From positions 1-57,115 of the forward strand of contig JACQBN010000010.1 of the NCBI GenBank assembly GCA_016194455.1: a stretch of DNA of 57,115 bases, written 5' to 3'. The notes beneath the pieces are model-generated. The model ran no database searches. It saw only the letters and a program-made list of their open reading frames with translations, and was not told where the DNA came from. This DNA is from Candidatus Kaiserbacteria bacterium. Lineage in GTDB: Bacteria; Patescibacteriota; Minisyncoccia; Phycocordibacterales; Phycocordibacteraceae. Both the position numbers and the translations under genes were made by a program. Shown one piece after another: positions 47,756-57,115 of the stretch. Position 1 is the stretch's first letter, and each line of letters starts with the position of its first letter.

Positions 47756-50278
47756 ATGGCCAGTTTCCTCTCGCGAATGTTTTCGCAGAACCAATCCGCC
47801 GCTTTCCTCAAGGCCGCGGCGCCCGTCGTTGCGGCTGCCAACCATCTTGCATCCGAGTTCGAAGCGCTTAAGGATGCGGAGCTCAAGGGCCGGTTCGCGG
47901 AGGTGCAAAGCCGCGCCCGCCAGGCGGGCGCGGCTCCTGAGGCCGACCTTCCGCTTATCTATGCACTCGTGCGTGAGGCAGCGCGGCGCACACTTATGCA
48001 GCGGCCTTTCGATGTCCAGCTCATCGGCGGCCTTGTGCTTTCCCGCGGCAAGATCGCCGAAATGCGCACCGGCGAGGGTAAGACCCTCGTCGCGACACTG
48101 CCCGCCTCCTCCGCCGCGCTCGCCGGGAAGGGCGTGCACATCGTCACGGTGAACGACTACCTCGCGCGCCGCGACGCCGCGTGGATGGGGCAGATCTACG
48201 ACTACCTCGGGCTCACAGTAGGAGTGGTGACCTCGACCGGTAGCTATCGCTACGATGCGTCGCATGTCGAGCGAAGCGAAGACCCCGAACGAGACAGCGA
48301 AGGCTCGTTCAGAGTTTTCTACGACTACTTGAAACCGGTGACTAAGAAAGAAGCATACGCGGCCGACATCACCTATGCGACCAACAACGAACTCGGTTTC
48401 GATTATCTGCGCGACAACACCGCATACGACGCGTCGCAGATCGTGCAGCGCGGGCATCACTACGCGATCATCGACGAAGTGGATTCCATTTTGATCGACG
48501 AGGCGCGCACGCCGCTCATCATCAGCGGCCCCGCGGGCGACTCGGGGAATCTGTATCAGCAGTTCGCCGGCATCGTCCGCAACTTCAAACGCGGCGAAGA
48601 TTACACCGTGGACGAGAAGCAAAAGGCCGTGCAGATCACCGAAGAGGGGATGCATAAGGCCGAAATCGCGCTGTCGATGGAGAATATCTATACCGAAGGG
48701 GGAATGAAATATGCCCACCATCTTGAAACTGCTGTGCGAGCCCAAGCCCTCTTCAGTAAAGACAAGGAATACGTGGTCAGAAACGGCGAAATCGTGATTG
48801 TGGACGAGTTCACCGGGCGGCTGCAGCCTGGCCGGCGCTGGAGCGAAGGGCTCCACCAAGCAATTGAGGCAAAGGAGGGCGTGGCGATCAACGCCGAGAC
48901 GCGCACCTACGCGACCGTCACCTTCCAGAATCTCTTCCGCATGTACGAGAAGCTCGCGGGCATGACGGGCACCGCGCTCTCGAGCGAGGAAGAGTTCTTC
49001 ACGGTCTACGGGCTTGAGGTCGTCGTGGTGCCAACCCACAAACCGATGGCGCGCAAGGACCACAACGATCTCATCTTCCAGAGCGCGGCAGGGAAGTATC
49101 GCGCGGTCGCTCGCGCGGTCAAGGAGCGGCAGGAGCACGGGCAGCCGGTTTTGGTGGGCACCGTCTCTATTGAGGACAACGAAACAGTGAGCCGCTATCT
49201 CAAGGACGCGGGCGTGGCGCATGAAGTGCTGAACGCGAAGAATCACGAGCGCGAAGGCGAGATCATCGCCGAGGCGGGCGCGCCCGGCAGGGTGACGGTC
49301 GCGACCAACCTCGCAGGCCGCGGCGTCGACATTAAGCTCGGTGGCGCACTCGCCTCTTCGGAGGCGCGGAGCGCGGTGATTGCGCAGGGCGGGCTCGCGG
49401 TCGTCGGCACCGAGCGACACGACGCGCGCCGCATCGACAATCAACTCCGTGGCCGCTCCGGCCGCCAGGGCGATCCGGGCGAGACGCGCTTTTATGTTTC
49501 ACTTGAGGATAAATTGATGCGCGTCTTCGCCGCGGAGACCTTGAAGAAGGTGATGGGCGGCTTCGGCATCCCCGAGGACGAACCGATCGAGAGCGGTATG
49601 ATTACTAAATCCTTAGAGACCGCGCAGGGAAGAATAGAAGGGTTCAACTTCGACTCGCGTAAGCAAGTACTCGCCTACGACGACGTGATGAACACGCAGC
49701 GCCTCGCGATTTATGCTCGTCGCCGTGCCTTATTGGTGGGCACTGACGCCGAGGTCGAGGCGCTCGTGCGCACCCTCATCGCGGCCGACGATGCGGCGAC
49801 CGCCGCATTCGAGGAAAAGAAAAAGCTCTTGGCAGAGGCGTTTACTCCGCTTCTGCGGCATTTGCTCCTGCAGATCATTGATACTTTTTGGTTGGAACAT
49901 TTGGAAACAATGGATTATCTACGGCGCTCGGTATCGCTCCGGGCGTACGGGCAGCGTGATCCACTGATCGAGTACCGCCGCGAGGGGCTCGCGCGCTTCC
50001 GCGCGCTTGAAGCGAGTATTAAGGAGGCAGTGACCCGCACGCTGCCTACCGTCGCGCTCCGGGACGACGCGCGTATTAAGGCCGAAGAAGAAAGGGCGCG
50101 TGCCGCTCTCCTTGCCGCCGCCGAGCGCGAAGGTGGCGCCTCCGGCCAGCCGATCGTCCGCGCCCACACGCCCGGCCGCAACGACCTCGTCACCATCAAG
50201 AAGGGCGAGGAAACCAAAACGCTGAAATTTAAGAAAGCCGCACCGCTTCTCGCCGAGGGGTGGATTCTTGCCTCATGA
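47756..50278 (+). CDS. secA: protein translocase subunit SecA
   Basis: EMRTGEGKT, VTVNDYLA, IDEVDSILIDEARTP, GMTGTA, QLRGRSGRQGDPG, YGQRDPLIEY. Confidence 0.98.
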   Translation: MASFLSRMFSQNQSAAFLKAAAPVVAAANHLASEFEALKDAELKGRFAEVQSRARQAGAAPEADLPLIYALVREAARRTLMQRPFDVQLIGGLVLSRGKIAEMRTGEGKTLVATLPASSAALAGKGVHIVTVNDYLARRDAAWMGQIYDYLGLTVGVVTSTGSYRYDASHVERSEDPERDSEGSFRVFYDYLKPVTKKEAYAADITYATNNELGFDYLRDNTAYDASQIVQRGHHYAIIDEVDSILIDEARTPLIISGPAGDSGNLYQQFAGIVRNFKRGEDYTVDEKQKAVQITEEGMHKAEIALSMENIYTEGGMKYAHHLETAVRAQALFSKDKEYVVRNGEIVIVDEFTGRLQPGRRWSEGLHQAIEAKEGVAINAETRTYATVTFQNLFRMYEKLAGMTGTALSSEEEFFTVYGLEVVVVPTHKPMARKDHNDLIFQSAAGKYRAVARAVKERQEHGQPVLVGTVSIEDNETVSRYLKDAGVAHEVLNAKNHEREGEIIAEAGAPGRVTVATNLAGRGVDIKLGGALASSEARSAVIAQGGLAVVGTERHDARRIDNQLRGRSGRQGDPGETRFYVSLEDKLMRVFAAETLKKVMGGFGIPEDEPIESGMITKSLETAQGRIEGFNFDSRKQVLAYDDVMNTQRLAIYARRRALLVGTDAEVEALVRTLIAADDAATAAFEEKKKLLAEAFTPLLRHLLLQIIDTFWLEHLETMDYLRRSVSLRAYGQRDPLIEYRREGLARFRALEASIKEAVTRTLPTVALRDDARIKAEEERARAALLAAAEREGGASGQPIVRAHTPGRNDLVTIKKGEETKTLKFKKAAPLLAEGWILAS

Positions 50279-50308
50279 CAGACCCTGCCCCCCAATATAT
50301 TTAAAGTA

Positions 50309-50881
50309 ATGGAAGTTTTTGATAAGGAAAAAATCGGAAAGTGCATCGCGTGGGGAGGGGAACACCTAGTGTATGACTACGGCGATACCCAGGTCATAAA
50401 GTTCTCGCTTTTTGATCTGCTGATCGGTCTCCGGCTCGCGCGCATAAAGACTATGCATGATCTCACAATCTGCCGCGAGTTTTTCAGCGACTACATGCTC
50501 TCCACCACGCTCGTCTCGTCGTCAGACGGCAGGCGGCTTGCCAAGCTCCAACCAAAAATAACGGGTCGAGCCATCAAGAAGAGTGATCTGCAGGATAAAA
50601 GGATCGCGCAGCAGTTTAAGGAAATAATTCGGGCGCACCAAGCCCTGGTAGCCCAGGGGTATTACGGCGTAGACCTTATTGGCGGTAGGGGAGTGCTCCT
50701 CGCTCGTCCAACCAACATCTTCCTTACCGTCACCGGCAAGCTCTATCTTATTGACACGCTCTTGCTTTCCGTCCCCGAGCTTCCGTGGCTGCAATGGCTT
50801 TTCAACATTTTTCGCGACGTCGCTATCTGGAATCAGATTCGAATCATAAAAAGTTTCTTATCGGCCTGTGAGGAAAAGTAA
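50309..50881 (+). CDS. hypothetical protein, weak kinase-like fold
   Basis: GGEHLVY, VIK, DL...TNIF, LYLIDT; lower GC than flanks. Confidence 0.6.
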   Translation: MEVFDKEKIGKCIAWGGEHLVYDYGDTQVIKFSLFDLLIGLRLARIKTMHDLTICREFFSDYMLSTTLVSSSDGRRLAKLQPKITGRAIKKSDLQDKRIAQQFKEIIRAHQALVAQGYYGVDLIGGRGVLLARPTNIFLTVTGKLYLIDTLLLSVPELPWLQWLFNIFRDVAIWNQIRIIKSFLSACEEK

Positions 50882-50900
50882 ATCGTGATAGGGTGAGCCA

Positions 50901-51881
50901 ATGGCATTTGTTGATGAAGTGAGGATACGTGCGGCGGCGGGGAAGGGCGGCAACGGCGTCGTTCGCTGGCTGCGTAACAAAGAGACCGCGAAGGGAGGTC
51001 CCTCGGGCGGCGATGGAGGTAGGGGTGGCGACGTTGTTGTGATTGGTGTGCGCGACCTAGCGGTGCTCGCCAACTATCGCTACGAGAAGGACTTTCAAGC
51101 AGAGGACGGCCAAGACGGTGCCGGACAACTGAAGCACGGCAAGAACGGAGAACCAGTCATTTTGAAAGTACCGGTGGGCACGCTCGCGCGCGTTGTAGAA
51201 ACTGGCGAGGAGTTTGATATCCATACCGAGGGAGAGCCGGTGATTATTTTCAAAGGCGGCGGGGGCGGCAAGGGCAACGTTCATTTCAAGGGCTCCACAA
51301 ACCAGAACCCGTTCCAACAAACAGACGGCAAATCGGGAGGGGCTGGGGATATCGAATTCACGCTCAAATTGATCGCCGACGCAGGCCTCATCGGGCTCCC
51401 GAATGCTGGGAAGTCCTCACTCCTCAACGCGCTCACGAAGGCAAAGTCAAAAGTCGGCGCGTATCCCTTTACCACCCTCGAGCCGAACCTTGGCGACTTC
51501 TTCGGCCACATCCTCGCCGACATCCCTGGCCTCATCGAAGGCGCCTCGGCTGGGCGAGGGCTCGGAATAAAATTTTTAAAACACGTAGAACGAACAGGAA
51601 TTTTATTGCATCTCGTCTCGGCAGAGCAAGACGATCCTGTCGCGGCCTATAGGGAAGTGGTGGGGGAGCTCAACGCTTTCGGCCACGGCCTCGGCGATAA
51701 GCGCGAGATCGTTGTCCTCACCAAGACCGATCTCCTCTCGCCCAAGGAGGAGAAAACAAAAGCCGACGTTCTTGCCCGCGAGACCGGGCGAGAGGTACTC
51801 ACGGTTTCCGTGGAAGATCTGCAAAAGTTGAAGAGATTTTCCGACCACCTCGCAACCTTACTTCGCGCCCCCCGGGCTTAG
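50901..51881 (+). CDS. obg: GTPase Obg/CgtA (no C-terminal OCT domain)
   Basis: FVDE, GGDGGRGG, GLPNAGKS, YPFTT, DIPGLIEGA, TKTD. Confidence 0.97.
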   Translation: MAFVDEVRIRAAAGKGGNGVVRWLRNKETAKGGPSGGDGGRGGDVVVIGVRDLAVLANYRYEKDFQAEDGQDGAGQLKHGKNGEPVILKVPVGTLARVVETGEEFDIHTEGEPVIIFKGGGGGKGNVHFKGSTNQNPFQQTDGKSGGAGDIEFTLKLIADAGLIGLPNAGKSSLLNALTKAKSKVGAYPFTTLEPNLGDFFGHILADIPGLIEGASAGRGLGIKFLKHVERTGILLHLVSAEQDDPVAAYREVVGELNAFGHGLGDKREIVVLTKTDLLSPKEEKTKADVLARETGREVLTVSVEDLQKLKRFSDHLATLLRAPRA

Positions 51882-51897
51882 TGCTAGGATGGGCGCG

Positions 51898-53286
51898 ATG
51901 GCACTACTCCCCACCATCGGGCTCGAGATCCACGCAGAGCTCCGGACTTCGACCAAGATGTTCTGCAACTGCAAGAACGATCCGGACGAAGAGCGGCCGA
52001 ACGTCAATATCTGCCCGATCTGCCTCGCGCATCCGGGTACGCTGCCGGTCATTAATCGCGAGGCGGTGCGGCAAGTCTTGCGCGCTGGCGCGGCCCTCGG
52101 CGGCACGCTTGCTCACTTCAGCGAATTTGATCGCAAGAGCTACTTCTATCCGGACATCCCCAAGGGTTATCAGATCAGCCAGTATGAGCACCCGTTGGTC
52201 ACTGGTGGCACGCTCGCCGGTGTCGCGATAACGCGCATACATTTAGAAGAGGATACCGCCCGTTCAACACACGGGGAAAACAAAAGCCTTATCGACTTCA
52301 ATCGCGCGGGCATTCCGCTCATGGAGCTCGTGACCGAGCCGGTCATCCACGACGCGAAGACGGCGGGCGACTTCGCGCGCGAACTGCAACTCCTGCTGCG
52401 CACGCTCGGCGCCTCCGAGGCGAACTTAGAGAAAGGCGAGATGCGCATCGAGGCAAATGTCTCAGTCGCGAGCGGGGAAGAGAGGCTCGGCACCAAGACC
52501 GAGGTCAAAAACCTGAACTCATTCCGCTCCGTCGAGCGCGCTATCGCCTATGAGATCGAGCGACAGACCAAGGCGTTTGAGCGCGGAGAGAAGCTCGCTC
52601 AGGAGACGCGCGGCTGGGACGAGACGAAGCAAGAGACCTTCCATCAGCGATTCAAAGAGGGAAGCGCAGACTATCGCTACTTCCCCGAGCCGGACTTGCC
52701 GAAGCTCGTGCTCGAGGACGTTCCGGAATTTGCGTGCGAAGCGCTTACCGCGTCGCTCCCCGAACTTCCGAGCCAGAAGCGGGAGCGCTATGCAAGGCTC
52801 GGGATAAAGTCCGACGACAGAGCATATCTCGCTGCGGATGTTGCACGCAGCGCTTTCTTCGATGCCGTAACAAAAGAACTCGACGGTCGTCCAAAGTCCA
52901 CCGTGCTTGCTGCTAATTATTTTATATCAGACATGGCCGGCGATCCGTGCGTAGCGTCACCGAGTTCCTTCGCTGCTCTCATACAAATGTTCGCCGCCAA
53001 CGAACTCTCCTCACGCGGGGCGAAGGACGTACTCGCGATTATGATCACGAAGGGTGGGGAACCAGCCGTAATCGCAAAAGAACGCGGACTCGGACAAATC
53101 CAAGACCGCGGAACGCTAGAAGCGGCGGTAGAACGCGTGATGGAGGAGGAGCCCGGAGCAGTCAAGGAGTACCGGGCAGGCAAAAGCGGCACTCTCCAGT
53201 ACCTGCTCGGCAAGGCGATGAAGGTGACAGGCGGGGCAGGAGATCCGGAGCTTCTTAGGGAGATTCTCATAAAAAAGCTCGGTTGA
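51898..53286 (+). CDS. gatB: Asp-tRNA(Asn)/Glu-tRNA(Gln) amidotransferase subunit B
   Basis: IGLEIH, YFYPDIPKGYQISQ, HLEED, DFNRAG, EVKNLNS, DYRYFPEPD. Start 51898 preferred to 51889 from the -10 spacing. Confidence 0.97.
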   Translation: MALLPTIGLEIHAELRTSTKMFCNCKNDPDEERPNVNICPICLAHPGTLPVINREAVRQVLRAGAALGGTLAHFSEFDRKSYFYPDIPKGYQISQYEHPLVTGGTLAGVAITRIHLEEDTARSTHGENKSLIDFNRAGIPLMELVTEPVIHDAKTAGDFARELQLLLRTLGASEANLEKGEMRIEANVSVASGEERLGTKTEVKNLNSFRSVERAIAYEIERQTKAFERGEKLAQETRGWDETKQETFHQRFKEGSADYRYFPEPDLPKLVLEDVPEFACEALTASLPELPSQKRERYARLGIKSDDRAYLAADVARSAFFDAVTKELDGRPKSTVLAANYFISDMAGDPCVASPSSFAALIQMFAANELSSRGAKDVLAIMITKGGEPAVIAKERGLGQIQDRGTLEAAVERVMEEEPGAVKEYRAGKSGTLQYLLGKAMKVTGGAGDPELLREILIKKLG

Positions 53287-53290
53287 TTAT

Positions 53291-53299
53291 TTATACACA
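53291..53299 (+). promoter_or_regulatory. DnaA box (TTATACACA)
   Basis: Matches TTWTNCACA, just upstream of the HTH gene promoter. Confidence 0.4.
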
Positions 53300-53340
53300 A
53301 CCCCCTCCTTCACGAGCCCAGGAAGGCTTATACTAATTGG

Positions 53341-54057
53341 ATGAATGAGATAGTTATCGAAGACAAGAAGTACGTCTCGTCCAAGCGAGCTGCGGAAATC
53401 ACCGGCTACGCCAAGGACTATATCGGTCAACTCTGCCGAGAAGGCAGAGTCCCGGCGCGTCTTATCGGACGCAACTGGTACGTGCTCGAGTCTGCTATAC
53501 AGGACCACCGCTTCGGTGATCCCACACCCACGCCGGGCCCACATGAGGGGGAAGCGTCTGTAAGCCGATTTTCAGCCGACACATGGGAGGTTCCTCGTTA
53601 CGAGGCCCTAGACGCGAAGGAGCTGCCCCCGGTAGACGAGGCCTCAGATTACGGTAATACTCCCCCAGGGGTGGATACGATGCCAGAAGAAGAGCAGAAG
53701 GAACAAGCCCGGGTCACCGATATGCGCGAAGAATGGCAGGCCTGGTTTGATAAGAGCCAGCAGGAAAAGTCCATGAACTCGGTCGCAGAGGAAGTTACGC
53801 GTCATGAAGAGCCAGAAGAGCAGGAAATCCCAGTGTCGATTAAACCAATAGCCCGTCCGCTACAAGAGACCCAGCAAGCCAGGAGCCCAAAGTCGGCAAA
53901 AACTAGAAGAAGCTGGCTTTTACCGCAACTCACAGCGCTTTTCGTAGCACTAATTGCTATCGTCACGCTCGCTCTGAATTCCGGCTACTTTGATACTTTT
54001 ACCGTCTCTTATACCCAAGCCTCAGTTATAACTGGAATAAGGGTCTACAATAAATAG
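53341..54057 (+). CDS. excisionase/MerR-like HTH protein with acidic linker and C-terminal TM
   Basis: YVSSKRAAEITGYAKDYIGQLCREGRVPARLIGRNWYV; Glu-rich linker; LTALFVALIAIVTLAL. Confidence 0.85.
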   Translation: MNEIVIEDKKYVSSKRAAEITGYAKDYIGQLCREGRVPARLIGRNWYVLESAIQDHRFGDPTPTPGPHEGEASVSRFSADTWEVPRYEALDAKELPPVDEASDYGNTPPGVDTMPEEEQKEQARVTDMREEWQAWFDKSQQEKSMNSVAEEVTRHEEPEEQEIPVSIKPIARPLQETQQARSPKSAKTRRSWLLPQLTALFVALIAIVTLALNSGYFDTFTVSYTQASVITGIRVYNK

Positions 54058-54647
54058 CTCAAATAAAGGTTTTATTGTCTCGGCTAGCAGTGTTGCATAA
54101 ATTTATAAAGAAGAATTTAAAGAATCCGTAGACTGCTAAAATAGATCAAAAAATTAAAACCGAGAATCGTAATTTTTGACGACTTCCAGTTTAGAGAAAC
54201 AAGCACTCAAGCTATTCATTTTTTAACATGTGAAAATAGAAAATTCAGGAGGTTTTATTGGATAGATGTCTAGGAAGATTCGTTAATAATTTATAAAATC
54301 TTCGGCATAAATTTGAGATTTATAGACGTTATATCTAATAAAAACAAAGCGAAGTCGGTTAGACGACATTTAGCTCCTGATAATATGGCAGAGCCATGAG
54401 TTTTTACGCTCCCAATAGAAGGATTTTAGGAAATTCTGGTATCTTCGTTGAAAGTATAGGTCTCTCAGGGCTGATTTTAGGATATTTTTTGAAATTCTGC
54501 GAGAAACGCATCTTTAGGAACCAAGATGCAGAGAAGTAGGCTGCTGGAGCGGCTCCTTGATCGTTTTAGCTAGAATCCGCTATCCACAAGCAGGAAACAA
54601 AATGTGCCGGAAAAGCAGATAAACTATAGCTAATTCGGTTATCCGAC
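54058..54647. other. 590 bp AT-rich non-coding region
   Basis: No ORF of 60 aa or more in the track; visibly far lower GC than the rest of the window; A/T tracts and short direct repeats. Confidence 0.8.
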
Positions 54648-57115
54648 ATGGATCCTTCCTTTGAAAATAATTTCATAACGACGAAGCAGGCTCATGCACT
54701 TTCCGGATATTCTCCAGACTATTTGGCGCGTCTTGCGCGTTCGCAAAAGCTTATTGCAAAGCGCGTTGGGAAGTCCTGGGTCATCCGTAAGGATTCGCTA
54801 GCAGAATTCCTGAGAGTTCAAGGAAAACGAAAGGTTGAGTTTGCTCGTGCACTCTCGGAAAGCCGGGAGACTGAATATCGGATCATCCAATCGCCCGTCG
54901 AGCGGGTAAAAAAGGCTTTCACTCCAGCCATTCCGCGCGTTCTCGCGACTGCCGCGCTTGGCAGTTGGCGCGGCGAGCTCGCCGCAGTTGCTATTGCGCT
55001 TGCGGTAGTGGGCACCGGCGTCGCGCTCTCGCGTGCGACGACGGTCGCGCGCCTTGCCACAGCCGGTGAACAATTCTCGAGCGCGGCCTCTTCTGGCTTC
55101 GCAGACATGGCCCTTGGATTCGCACTCGATGTCGATGGGCATATTACTGGCGTTGCGCGCTCAGAGGAGGGCGCGCGGCAAGCTGTAATTAGTCGTCTCG
55201 CGCATATCTCGCCGATCCCCCTGCCGCTCGCCTCTTCTTCGCTTGCAATTTTCTCGCCACTCCCAAATGTAACACCCAGTTTGAATGTACACACACCACT
55301 CGCGCCGAGACCGCGCGTGCGAGTCTCACTCCCGTCGCCCGAAGAATTGCTCGCACTCGTTACGCCACGCGCGTTACTCGGTGACGCAAAAACATTTCTC
55401 GCCGCAAGTGTGAACACGCTCGGCGCGTTCCCAATCGCGCTCGCCCGCAGTGCGATCTCTGCAGATGTTTCTCTTGTGCGGGCGCTTACTGATGCCGGCC
55501 CGAACATCGCGGACGCCGTATTCTCCACCGAGTATCTCGCTATGCAGCCCTTTGTGGAAGGAACGAACCGCGTGCTCGCGGCCTACAGCAACGGTGTGAA
55601 GAGTACCGGCGAGCTCTTCTATGCTGCAGCATCTGGAGCACAGGATCTCAGCTCTGCCGCCCTCGCGCTTACGCACCCGAGTCTTCTCGAGGACACCTGG
55701 CTTGCTCTACTCGGCAGGGGAGAAGCATCGCTCGCTAACCTTGGCGATGCGCTGCGCTCTGGCGGGAGCCAGCTCCTCGCTGCAGTTAATGCTCCGGCGC
55801 TTTCGGGCCCCGAACGCATCGCCTTTTTCGTCTACGAATCCATACACGACATCTTCGCCCAAACGACCTCTGCGCTCGCGGATCTCCTCGTCCCCTCGCC
55901 CACCATTGTGGTGCTACGGAGTTCGATCCCCACTCCCCGCGCGCTTTACGCAAGCAGCACGCCTACGCACGTCGTCTACCCCTCGCCCACCTATGAGCGG
56001 ACGATTATTCAAGGCGGCGTTTCCATGAATTCTTTGAACCAAGCGTTGAGCTCGCTGCGCTCCAGCATCCTCTCCGACGTCCAAGGACTCATCCGCCCGG
56101 TTTCGCAACAGGTGGCGACGAACGCCACCAGCATTCAGCAGGTGAACATCATTCAATCACTCTCAAACTTGAAACTCCACGCGAGCACGATCGACAATAG
56201 CGTCATCACTAGCTCCACGCTTGATCAGCTCGTCGTGACCGGCAACGCAACCTCGACGCTCGCGAACGGCGTCGACATCACGGGCGGTTGCTTCTCGATC
56301 AACGGCACGTGTTTCACCGGCGGGGCGGGCTCACTCGCGACGCTCTCGGATGTCGCACTTACGCCGCTCGCCTACGGCGACGTCCTCTCCTACAACGGAA
56401 CGAAATGGAACAACATCGCCACCTCCACCCTCGGCGTCGCGCTTTCTGATACGACCGGTGTACTCGCGCAGTCGAGAGGCGGCACCGGCACGAGCACCTA
56501 CAACCCTGGCGATATCCTCTACGCGGATGCGTTCGGTACTCTCACGACACTCCCGGTGGGCGGTACCGGCAAAGTGCTCAAGGTCTCGGGCGGGTTGCCC
56601 AGCTGGGGGACCGACCTCTCCGGCAGCGGCGGCGCAAGCGCATGGGCGACCACCAGCGACAACCTTGCTGTTTACACGACCGATCCGACCCAGGTTGTCA
56701 TCATCGGCAACAGCGCGACCTCGACGACAGGGAATATTCTCGAGGTGCACGGCGATGCATATTTTTCGAACAACATCACACTCGCAAATCTGACCGCCAC
56801 CGGCACCCTCTCCGTCGCCGGCCAAACGACGCTCGATACTTCTCTCACCGGCCTCCTCAAGGCCGTCGCGGGTGTCGTTTCGACCGCCACGGCCGGCACC
56901 GACTATGTCGCTCCGGCGACCGCCATCAACACTACGTACCCGCTCCAGGGCGGAGGCGGTCTCTCCACCTCGCGCACCCTCTCCCTCGCCTTCGGCACCA
57001 CCACCTCCAACACCTGGGGCGGCACCCAGACCTTCACCAACAACCCAGTCCTCGGCGCCCTCACCGGTCTCCTCTATGGCAATTCAGGCACCCTCGCCAC
57101 CGCCGCCACCACCAC
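54648..57115 (+). CDS. large HTH-TM-fibre surface protein, partial (over 820 aa, runs off the window)
   Basis: Manually translated open frame: FITTKQAHALSGYSPDYLARLARSQKLIAKRVGKSWVI HTH, TM (AAVAIALAVVGTGVAL), then Gly/Thr/Ser fibre motifs (GGCFSINGTC, LSDV...GDVLSYNGTKWNN, RGGTG, GDILYA, repeated LTGLL). Confidence 0.85.
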   Translation, partial: MDPSFENNFITTKQAHALSGYSPDYLARLARSQKLIAKRVGKSWVIRKDSLAEFLRVQGKRKVEFARALSESRETEYRIIQSPVERVKKAFTPAIPRVLATAALGSWRGELAAVAIALAVVGTGVALSRATTVARLATAGEQFSSAASSGFADMALGFALDVDGHITGVARSEEGARQAVISRLAHISPIPLPLASSSLAIFSPLPNVTPSLNVHTPLAPRPRVRVSLPSPEELLALVTPRALLGDAKTFLAASVNTLGAFPIALARSAISADVSLVRALTDAGPNIADAVFSTEYLAMQPFVEGTNRVLAAYSNGVKSTGELFYAAASGAQDLSSAALALTHPSLLEDTWLALLGRGEASLANLGDALRSGGSQLLAAVNAPALSGPERIAFFVYESIHDIFAQTTSALADLLVPSPTIVVLRSSIPTPRALYASSTPTHVVYPSPTYERTIIQGGVSMNSLNQALSSLRSSILSDVQGLIRPVSQQVATNATSIQQVNIIQSLSNLKLHASTIDNSVITSSTLDQLVVTGNATSTLANGVDITGGCFSINGTCFTGGAGSLATLSDVALTPLAYGDVLSYNGTKWNNIATSTLGVALSDTTGVLAQSRGGTGTSTYNPGDILYADAFGTLTTLPVGGTGKVLKVSGGLPSWGTDLSGSGGASAWATTSDNLAVYTTDPTQVVIIGNSATSTTGNILEVHGDAYFSNNITLANLTATGTLSVAGQTTLDTSLTGLLKAVAGVVSTATAGTDYVAPATAINTTYPLQGGGGLSTSRTLSLAFGTTTSNTWGGTQTFTNNPVLGALTGLLYGNSGTLATAATT

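Noticed and set aside
47609-49444. Long antisense ORFs (also 10944-12320, 2375-3328, 38850-39938 and others)
   Set aside because: Shadow frames of well-supported genes, expected from GC-rich codon usage.
54058-54647. oriC
   Set aside because: Only degenerate DnaA boxes inside, no dnaA/dnaN nearby, and gene orientation does not switch across it. Not fully excluded without genome-wide skew.

Overview
GC-rich chromosomal segment, most likely from a Patescibacteria/CPR bacterium (Parcubacteria, Kaiserbacteria/Adlerbacteria-like; inferred from 16S signatures and gene content), using standard code 11. It holds secD-secF, a stand-alone 16S rRNA gene followed only by tRNA-Ile(GAU), rsmI, an orphan VirD4/TrwB-like ATPase, a roughly 33 kb surface-glycosylation region (many GT4/GT2, fnlABC, asnB-type amidotransferase, wzx, gtrA, GT-C-like membrane proteins, O-antigen-ligase/TPR), murB, secA, obg, gatB and two paralogous HTH-TM proteins, the second a large fibre-like protein that runs off the window. 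Most notable: (1) the 16S has lost the anti-Shine-Dalgarno tail and is followed by a ~150 nt multi-hairpin trailer inside its processing stem; (2) about 19 genes have a -10 hexamer 6-8 nt before the ATG, pointing to leaderless mRNAs, while four self-contained single-gene cassettes keep -35/-10, SD-like motif and terminator; (3) an unannotated 21-aa Lys/Arg microprotein with its own terminator; (4) a DNA-binding HTH / membrane / fibre gene pair around an AT-rich spacer; (5) REP-like palindromes inserted in frame in exported proteins. All calls come from reading the sequence; no database searches were run.
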